Source: an uncultured Rickettsiales bacterium
GTDB taxonomy: Bacteria; Pseudomonadota; Alphaproteobacteria; Rickettsiales; Deianiraeaceae
NCBI GenBank assembly: GCA_905480015.1
Contig: CAJQOT010000045.1
Location: 4,791-36,790, forward strand
Direction: 5' to 3'
Length of the DNA stretch: 32,000 bases
Of the stretch, positions 8,644-15,594 are shown in pieces. Within the stretch, counting starts at the first letter, position 1, and each line of letters begins with the position of its first letter. Below the pieces are notes generated by a model. It saw nothing but the letters and a program-made list of their open reading frames with translations, was not told the DNA's origin and did not search any database. The position numbers were made by a program, and so were the translations under genes.

Positions 8644-9711
8644 TTGACAAGATTAATGTTTATACTGATTTTTATTTTAATATCATTAGGTGTTTTTGCA
8701 GGCCGTGAAGCATCTTCACCTCCTTACCCAGATTTGCCCAAAGATTACACGATTGAACAGCAGGCAACTCCGTGCATAATGCCACTGGATCAACATTGGA
8801 AGTTTACTGCTGTGGCGTATAACCCTCAGTACGATGATGAAGGACAGCTTACATCTTACGGCAAAACTGACAGCGTTGTTATTGGTGAAAATTTTCAAGA
8901 TTCTTCTCCTCAATTCAACAGTACTATTCCAAATGGTTGGACTGCACATGATACCGTTTTTAAAGTGGAGTGTAAAAAAGGTTCTTATGTATCAAATGTT
9001 AGTGGTGTAAATACTAATTATATAGACCAACAATATTTTATGGCAAGGTGTGTGAGTGGGTATTTAAAGGTATGTCATAATGATTACGATGCCAATATGG
9101 CAAAGTATTATACAAAGTATAGCGGAACACATAAATCATGTTTGCAGTCACAAAAATCTACAATGGTAGAGTGCCGTAAAATGTGCGATGTAACACGCCT
9201 ACATAAAGACACAGACTACAATATTACTTTCAAAAGTGATATTCATACAGTGAATGATTTCATTGGTATGGACATTAATGGTGAGCCTATCAATATAACA
9301 TATCATTATAAACCTCCACAAAACAATATTAATGTTCAGTGTACTGGTGATCATAAGTTAGCTCATTCAACAAAGACTTACATTGGCGAGAGAAACAGCG
9401 TACCATTGTATGATATTAAAAAATTTATAGACTTTACCGTGCATTGCCATAAAGATGGTTACATAACTTACCCAGTAGATGACCGAGATCGAAGTGTATG
9501 TTTAGAAGGGTACGCGTGTGTAGTTCCATCTGATGATGCAAATAGAAGATTTGGCGTATATAGAAATGGAAAATGGGTATGGGTACCAAAAACTTTTCAC
9601 GATTCATATGTTAACATTAGGTGTGGTGCAGACAAACTAAACGATGAAAGGATTTTAACGTGTTTAAATGGCAATTTATTACCAAATGCAGATTTAAACT
9701 GTCGAATTTAA
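8644..9711 (+). CDS. Secreted cysteine-rich hypothetical protein (14 Cys; repeated C-x-x-G-Y modules)
   Basis: 355 aa from a TTG start, with an alternative ATG at 8656. Signal peptide MTRLMFILIFILISLGVFAG. I recognise no enzyme motif. Modules include VECKKGSY, ARCVSGY, VHCHKDGY, VCLEGY and the C-terminal LTCLNGNLLPNADLNC. Confidence 0.6.
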   Translation: MTRLMFILIFILISLGVFAGREASSPPYPDLPKDYTIEQQATPCIMPLDQHWKFTAVAYNPQYDDEGQLTSYGKTDSVVIGENFQDSSPQFNSTIPNGWTAHDTVFKVECKKGSYVSNVSGVNTNYIDQQYFMARCVSGYLKVCHNDYDANMAKYYTKYSGTHKSCLQSQKSTMVECRKMCDVTRLHKDTDYNITFKSDIHTVNDFIGMDINGEPINITYHYKPPQNNINVQCTGDHKLAHSTKTYIGERNSVPLYDIKKFIDFTVHCHKDGYITYPVDDRDRSVCLEGYACVVPSDDANRRFGVYRNGKWVWVPKTFHDSYVNIRCGADKLNDERILTCLNGNLLPNADLNCRI

Positions 9712-9726
9712 ATATAATATAACATT

Positions 9727-10920
9727 ATGGAGTCTATAATTAATAAAATATTATATAAACTTGCGAACAACCTTCAAAATAGTTATGATGATATAATTCA
9801 TGCAAACAACAATGATGTTATAAATGCATTGCAATTGGGAAAAAATAATGCCTTTATTGAAAGATTAACAGTTTCACAAAAGGTTTTTAACTCTATGATT
9901 ACCTCTTTGAAAGAAATTATTAGACAGCCGTACCCAGTAGGAAAGGTAATTAAGGAATGGGATGTGCCACATAACGGATTACACATTAAGCGGATGACAT
10001 GTGCAATTGGAAAAATATTAATTATCTATGAGTCCCGTCCAAATGTAACCCTCGATGCTTTTGCATTGTGTTTTAAATCTGGTAATTGTTGCGTTTTGCG
10101 TGGTGGTGCTGAAAGCTTTGAGACATCGAGTAAAATTGTAGAAATAATACACAAAACTTTTGATGAAGAAGGAATGGGAGAGCAAAAGCATACCTTTGTA
10201 GAATATGTTCAGACAAAAGAACGCAGTGCAATGATTGACTTCCTAAAGAAAAGTGATGAAATAGATTTAGTAATTCCAAGGGGAGGGAAGGGTCTTGTTG
10301 AATTTGTTTCACAAAATACAGCAATTCCTATTTTGAAACATCTTGATGGCAATTGCCATACTTATATTGAAAAAACAGCGAACCCACAGAAGGCAATTGC
10401 AGTGCTACAGAATGCAAAAATGCGTAGGGTTTCGGTGTGTGGAGCAACGGAAAGCCTTGTAATTGATAGGGATTTTGCAGTGAATCATCTTGAGGAAATT
10501 ACCTCTCAAATATCTGATTGTGAATTTATTGGGTGTGAAGTTTCTTCATCAATTGATAAAAGAATAACGCCTGCTTCAAATGAAGATTTTTCGACGGAGT
10601 ATCTTGATAAAAAAATTTCAGTGAAAGTTGTAGAAAATGTTGATGATGCTATTAATTTTATTAACAAGTATTCGTCAAAACATACAGAGGCAATTCTTTC
10701 AGATAACCCACAGGCAGTAGAAAAATTTATGAACGAAGTTGATTCAGCAAATGTCATGCATAATATTTCAACTCAATTTGCAGATGGATATGAATTTGGA
10801 CTTGGTGCAGAAATTGGTATTGCAACGGGGAAAATTCATGCAAGAGGACCCGTTGGATTGGCAGAATTAGTGACATATAAAAATATTGTCAGCACTAATG
10901 GGTATAAAACTAGAGATTAA
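9727..10920 (+). CDS. proA: Gamma-glutamyl phosphate reductase
   Basis: 397 aa. Contains IYESRPNVTLDAFALCFKSGNCCVLRGGAES, VIPRGGKGLV, VCGATESLVI and SKHTEAILSDN. Confidence 0.9.
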   Translation: MESIINKILYKLANNLQNSYDDIIHANNNDVINALQLGKNNAFIERLTVSQKVFNSMITSLKEIIRQPYPVGKVIKEWDVPHNGLHIKRMTCAIGKILIIYESRPNVTLDAFALCFKSGNCCVLRGGAESFETSSKIVEIIHKTFDEEGMGEQKHTFVEYVQTKERSAMIDFLKKSDEIDLVIPRGGKGLVEFVSQNTAIPILKHLDGNCHTYIEKTANPQKAIAVLQNAKMRRVSVCGATESLVIDRDFAVNHLEEITSQISDCEFIGCEVSSSIDKRITPASNEDFSTEYLDKKISVKVVENVDDAINFINKYSSKHTEAILSDNPQAVEKFMNEVDSANVMHNISTQFADGYEFGLGAEIGIATGKIHARGPVGLAELVTYKNIVSTNGYKTRD

Positions 10921-10983
10921 TTCAAAAGTAGTTGAAATATAAATTTACTAGTAATTATTTGAATATATTTTTAATTTACATCG

Positions 10984-11457
10984 ATGTCTAAAACAAATCA
11001 TGGTTTGTGTATTTTTGTTGAAAACGAGTTTGGAGTCATTCAAAGAGTAACGAATTTATTTTCAGCAAGGGGTATTAGTATTAATTCAATACATACACAA
11101 CCTGTAGATATAAAAACAAATGTTTCGCAGATTTCAATCACACTTTCGGAAAATCGTGATAAAGTCGACCTTCTTCAAAAGCTTTTAATGCGTATTATAA
11201 TTGTGCATGAGGTACATCATATTGATATTCCTACGGCAGAATCTGTTGCTTATACTACGCAAGTTTTTCATGTTCATGATGGCTATCTTTTACAAGCAAA
11301 AGATATGATAAACCAATATGATTTAACTTGTTTCAATATATATTCAGACAATAGAATTCATTGTGTAACTGGGGAAGAAAAAGTTGTCGAGTCATTTGTT
11401 CAGCAGGCAAAAGAAATTCCAAGCCTTGTTATGGTAAAGCAATATTCTCCTTTTTAA
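10984..11457 (+). CDS. ilvH: Acetolactate synthase small (regulatory) subunit-like ACT-domain protein
   Basis: 157 aa. LCIFVENEFGVIQRVTNLFSARGISINSIHTQPVD...ISITL aligns by eye with the IlvH N-terminal ACT domain ([31 protein letters not shown]). A second half of appropriate length follows. No catalytic subunit gene lies nearby. Confidence 0.65.
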   Translation: MSKTNHGLCIFVENEFGVIQRVTNLFSARGISINSIHTQPVDIKTNVSQISITLSENRDKVDLLQKLLMRIIIVHEVHHIDIPTAESVAYTTQVFHVHDGYLLQAKDMINQYDLTCFNIYSDNRIHCVTGEEKVVESFVQQAKEIPSLVMVKQYSPF

Positions 11458-11459
11458 AA

Positions 11460-12317
11460 ATGATTTTACATAAATATCAAGCATTGGGAAATGATTTCCT
11501 TACTTTAGACTGTATAAATTTTCAAGAAAATCAAGAATTATTGAAGTCGGCAAATTTTTTAGATTTTGTCAAGCAAAAATCTGACCGTAGGAGAATTGGA
11601 TGCGATCAATTTATTGTAATAGAAAATTCTACAACAAATGATGCAAAAATTGTGTTTTATAATTCTGATGGCTCAAAAGCGGAAGCGTGTGGCAATGGAA
11701 CTGTTGCCGCTGGTGTATATGTTGGTGGTTTTTTAGGGAAAAAACAAGTTACTCTTGAAACAGATTCTGGTCTTGCCAATGTTGAAGTTGATGGCAACCA
11801 AGCAACAATTGAACTTCCAATTCCAAAGGCAAGCATACTTGAAGACAGGGAAAAAGTTGATATTTTAAATGCTGTTGGCTATACTTTAAAGGTAATGAAT
11901 GTTAACGTTGGCAATCCTCATTGTGTTTTGATGAAAAGCATGGATATTAACCCAGCACAATTGATTATAGATATTGCTGAAAATCATTGGCAAGAAATTG
12001 GAGAAACGATTGAAAATATGACGCATATTTTTCCATACAAAACAAATGTAGAATTTGTTACACAATTACATACAAATATTTTTCAAGTGTATGTTTGGGA
12101 GCGTGGAGCAGGGCGGACTTTTGCCTGCGGTACGGGTGCGTGTGCTGTTGCATTTGCAATGGTTAAACAGGGTGTCGCAGATATTTCAAGGCCAATAGAA
12201 ATATTAATGGAAGGTTCAAATATTTATGGAAATGGTGAGCCAATTATAATAAAATTTGGGGAAAACTCTGTGTTTTTAACAAATCATGCATTTTTTGAAG
12301 GGAAAATTGAAGTATAA
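11460..12317 (+). CDS. dapF: Diaminopimelate epimerase
   Basis: The track ORF 11361-12317 overlaps the upstream gene. The ATG at 11460 gives MILHKYQALGNDFLTLD, a typical DapF N-terminus. Both catalytic Cys contexts are present: NSDGSKAEACGNG and ERGAGRTFACGTGACA. Confidence 0.9.
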   Translation: MILHKYQALGNDFLTLDCINFQENQELLKSANFLDFVKQKSDRRRIGCDQFIVIENSTTNDAKIVFYNSDGSKAEACGNGTVAAGVYVGGFLGKKQVTLETDSGLANVEVDGNQATIELPIPKASILEDREKVDILNAVGYTLKVMNVNVGNPHCVLMKSMDINPAQLIIDIAENHWQEIGETIENMTHIFPYKTNVEFVTQLHTNIFQVYVWERGAGRTFACGTGACAVAFAMVKQGVADISRPIEILMEGSNIYGNGEPIIIKFGENSVFLTNHAFFEGKIEV

Positions 12318-12385
12318 TTTTATAATTTTATTCTTGCATTTTATTGTGAGCGTTTTCCATTGATGGTATATCTTTAATTTGAAAA

Positions 12386-13372
12386 ATGTCTTTGCTTTCA
12401 CATTCAGTTGCATATAAACCGTTTTCATATCCATGGGCTTATGATGCATGGCAAACTCAACAGAGAATTCACTGGCTACCAGAAGAGGTACCAATGGCGG
12501 ACGACATCCGTGATTGGAAAAGCAAAATGACACCATCGGAAAAAAATCTTTGTACACAATTGTTTCGCTTCTTTACACAGGCAGATATTGAGGTCAATAA
12601 TTGTTATATGACAAAATACTCACAGGTTTTTGCTCCAACGGAAATTAAAATGATGCTTGCGGCCTTTTCCAATATGGAAACAATTCATGTTGCGGCTTAT
12701 TCTCACCTTGTAGATACACTCGGCATGCCAGAAGGAATTTATGAGGAATTTTTGCAATTTAAAGAAATGCGAGACAAGTACGATTATATGCATAAATTTG
12801 GTGTTGAAACTAAGGCTGGAATTGCAAAAACACTTGCAGTTTTTGGTGCATTTACAGAAGGAATTCAGCTTTTTGCAACATTTGCAATATTACTTAACTT
12901 TCAACGCTTTAATAAAATGAAAGGAATGGGGCAAATTATCACATGGTCTGTTCGCGATGAAACACTTCATACACACTCAATTATTAAATTATTCAAGACA
13001 TTCATCAACGAAGAGCCAGATATTTGGAACGAGGAGTTGAAGAGTGATATTTACGAAGCGTGTGCAACAATTATTCACTTTGAAGATGCATTTATTGACC
13101 TTGCATTTTCTGTCGGAGATGACATTGAAGGTATAACATCTCGTGATGTTAAGAGATATATACGGTATATTGCGGATCGTCGCCTAAACCAGCTTGGTTT
13201 AAAAGAGATATACATGATAGAAGACAACCCATTGCCATGGATGGACGATATTTTGAATGGTGCAGAATTTACAAATTTCTTTGAAAATAGAGTTACAGAA
13301 TACTCAAAAGCCGCAACAAAGGGTGACTGGTCAGATGTATTTGGCGATTCATCCGATGATTTATTTACATAA
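12386..13372 (+). CDS. nrdB: Ribonucleoside-diphosphate reductase beta subunit (class I R2)
   Basis: 328 aa. Iron and radical-site contexts FFTQADIEV, FSNMETIHVAAYSHL (Tyr retained) and SVRDETLHT. Confidence 0.9.
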   Translation: MSLLSHSVAYKPFSYPWAYDAWQTQQRIHWLPEEVPMADDIRDWKSKMTPSEKNLCTQLFRFFTQADIEVNNCYMTKYSQVFAPTEIKMMLAAFSNMETIHVAAYSHLVDTLGMPEGIYEEFLQFKEMRDKYDYMHKFGVETKAGIAKTLAVFGAFTEGIQLFATFAILLNFQRFNKMKGMGQIITWSVRDETLHTHSIIKLFKTFINEEPDIWNEELKSDIYEACATIIHFEDAFIDLAFSVGDDIEGITSRDVKRYIRYIADRRLNQLGLKEIYMIEDNPLPWMDDILNGAEFTNFFENRVTEYSKAATKGDWSDVFGDSSDDLFT

Positions 13373-13375
13373 ATA

Positions 13376-14170
13376 ATGTACGAAGGATATTTAAAGGCAA
13401 GAAGCGGAATTGTTATCCACAAACAAGAAGATTGGCTATGTATGCGAAAAGCCGGTACACTTGCGCGCGAAGTGCTTGATTACATTGCCCCGCATGTTGT
13501 AGAAGGTGTTTCAACACTTGCATTAAATGATTTGTGTCACAATTTTATTGTTAAAAACAATGCAATTCCTGCTCCGTTAAATTATGGAAGCCCTCCATTT
13601 CCTAAGTCAATTTGCACTTCGGTTAATCATGTTGTTTGCCATGGCATTCCTTCTGCGGAGAAGATTATCAAAAGTGGAGATATAATGAATATTGATGTTA
13701 CGGTCATTTTGGATGGGTACCATGGGGACACCAGTCGTATGTATGCCGTTGGAAAGCCAACTATTCAAGGTGCACGTTTAATTGACGCAACTTATGACGC
13801 AATGATGGCAGGCATTGAAGTTGTGTCACCAGGGAAAACACTACGAGACATTGCCATTGCAATTGAAGGCGTAGTTAATAAATATGGGTACTCTTGCGTA
13901 AGAGATTTTTGCGGACATGGTATAGGCAAGGTATTTCATATGGATCCACAAGTTATGCATTATAACGAAAAAACTATGGACTATCAAGATGTTGTGTTGG
14001 AAGAGGGTATGTTTTTTACTGTAGAACCAATGGTGAATGTTGGAACGCATCGCACCATTGTTAGTAAAATTGATAAATGGACGGCTACAACTCGTGACAA
14101 GAAGCTATCTGCTCAATTTGAACATACAATTGGTGTTACTTCCTGCGGGTTTGAAATTTTTACTCTGTAA
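13376..14170 (+). CDS. map: Methionine aminopeptidase, type I
   Basis: 264 aa. Contains SICTSVNHVVCHGIP, NIDVTVILDGYHGDTSRMY, CGHGIG, FTVEPM and QFEHTI, the metal-ligand contexts. Confidence 0.95.
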   Translation: MYEGYLKARSGIVIHKQEDWLCMRKAGTLAREVLDYIAPHVVEGVSTLALNDLCHNFIVKNNAIPAPLNYGSPPFPKSICTSVNHVVCHGIPSAEKIIKSGDIMNIDVTVILDGYHGDTSRMYAVGKPTIQGARLIDATYDAMMAGIEVVSPGKTLRDIAIAIEGVVNKYGYSCVRDFCGHGIGKVFHMDPQVMHYNEKTMDYQDVVLEEGMFFTVEPMVNVGTHRTIVSKIDKWTATTRDKKLSAQFEHTIGVTSCGFEIFTL

Positions 14171-14948
14171 TAGATATTTGCTTTTCTGCCAATAGCATTT
14201 GGTTTATGTGCTTTTTTGCTTTCTTCATTGCACTCCAAACATCTACGAAGTCTTTAGCATTGTTGAGGTATTTTTTAAAATCTTCATTTTGCGAGTCAAT
14301 TGCTATCAGTGTATTGTAGAAATTTTCGATATTGTTACTTTGTAAATGCAATTGTGCTTCATATAGAATGTGAGACTGATGTGAAGAATTTGGAGAGATG
14401 TATGCAAAGTGTGGGAATATGTATTTTTTTAGAAAAACTTGGGTTTTGCTATCCTCAGGTTGAATGTTATGCGACAAAACAGCACGAGCGATACTGCCAA
14501 AATTCTTTTCAAAGTATTTAATACCATAAACTTTTTGAATTGTTATTGGATCGAACAAAGAAAAAAGTTTGATGTCATTTTTTGTAAAATGTTTTATTGT
14601 CTGAAGTTCAGCGTCTAAAGTAATTTGATAACTTGTCAATAAAAGGTGATGTAAGTTTATAAATGATGATAAAAATTTTGAATATTTATCGTTTTGAATG
14701 TTAGATGTATTAATTTCTGTAATAAACGCCAAAAGCTGTGAAATATCTTGAGATTGTTGCTTGATATCACGCTGCATTGTAGATATATCGCTTTCATAAT
14801 TATTGATTTGAATGTCCTGAGATTGTTTATTTTCGGTAAAATTCCTTTTTAGTGCATCAACAGTTAACACAAGCACACCAATGGCGATGATAGAATGTAG
14901 TGTATATTTGAGGAGGCGTGCAACCCTAGACATATTCTGGTAAAACAA
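14160..14948 (-). CDS. Hypothetical N-terminally membrane-anchored protein with a Gln/Ser/Asn-rich coiled-coil-like segment
   Basis: 262 aa. A single hydrophobic helix LHSIIAIGVLVLTVDAL sits near the N-terminus. I recognise no family. It is co-oriented with rimM and overlaps it. An alternative start MSRVARL lies at 14933. Confidence 0.5.
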   Translation of the reverse strand: MFYQNMSRVARLLKYTLHSIIAIGVLVLTVDALKRNFTENKQSQDIQINNYESDISTMQRDIKQQSQDISQLLAFITEINTSNIQNDKYSKFLSSFINLHHLLLTSYQITLDAELQTIKHFTKNDIKLFSLFDPITIQKVYGIKYFEKNFGSIARAVLSHNIQPEDSKTQVFLKKYIFPHFAYISPNSSHQSHILYEAQLHLQSNNIENFYNTLIAIDSQNEDFKKYLNNAKDFVDVWSAMKKAKKHINQMLLAEKQISITE

Positions 14949-15426
14949 TTGTTATAATTTGATTATCTATATCAATATGAGTGCTATCATCATAGAGATA
15001 ATACTCAAGTTTTTCTTGTAAACTTTTTACCTCAAAATTTAAACCTGATCCAAAGTCAACAATATCAACAACAATACCAATTTCACTGCCATCTTTTGCA
15101 TTGCATATTTTTAAGCCAATAAGGTTGAACGCATAAAATTTACCATTTTCAATGGGCGGTATATCGTCTTTATGAATAAAGACTGTTTTTTTTAATACCT
15201 GCCTTTGTGCTTCCTCGATAGAATTCACGCCATTGCATACAAGAATGATATTCCCATTGCTTAATTGTGTACGGAAAGTAGCATTAAGCTTGGCTGGTGA
15301 TGGTAAATTATCAATCCAAAGTTTTCCTGAAAATTCCATAGGATTCTCAAAATTATGATGCAAAACAACTTCTCCACAAATTCCATGAGTTTTGATAATT
15401 GTTCCAAAAATAAGGTAATTATTCAT
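14926..15426 (-). CDS. rimM: Ribosome maturation factor RimM
   Basis: 166 aa. LIFGTIIKTHGICGEVVL matches the RimM N-terminal domain, and a PRC-barrel-like C-terminal half contains FYAFNLIGLKICN..GSEIGIVVDIVDFGSG. Confidence 0.85.
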   Translation of the reverse strand: MNNYLIFGTIIKTHGICGEVVLHHNFENPMEFSGKLWIDNLPSPAKLNATFRTQLSNGNIILVCNGVNSIEEAQRQVLKKTVFIHKDDIPPIENGKFYAFNLIGLKICNAKDGSEIGIVVDIVDFGSGLNFEVKSLQEKLEYYLYDDSTHIDIDNQIITIVLPEYV

Positions 15427-15438
15427 ATATTTTTATTA

Positions 15439-15594
15439 TCAACCACCACCTGCATCACCACCTGAATCGCCACCTGAATCACTGTCTGAATCGCCGTCAT
15501 CATCTTTGTCGTCCTTATCATCTTTGTCATCTTTCTTCTTCTCCTTCTTTTTCTCCTTCTCCTTCTCTTTTTCATCCCTCTTATCAAGTTTATC
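15439..15594 (-). repeat. Low-complexity coding tract (EK/KD/DS/GGD reiterations) forming the C-terminal tail of the VirB6-like protein
   Basis: Read directly. The + strand shows ACCACC / TGAATC / CATCTTTGT / CTCCTTCT reiterations. This tract creates the spurious Arg/Lys-rich alternative-frame ORF 15423-15650. Confidence 0.8.

Noticed and set aside
12318-12385. Possible NrdR box upstream of nrdB
   Set aside because: Only a weak half-site-like TATTGTG is present, with no pair of 16-bp palindromes at the expected phasing.
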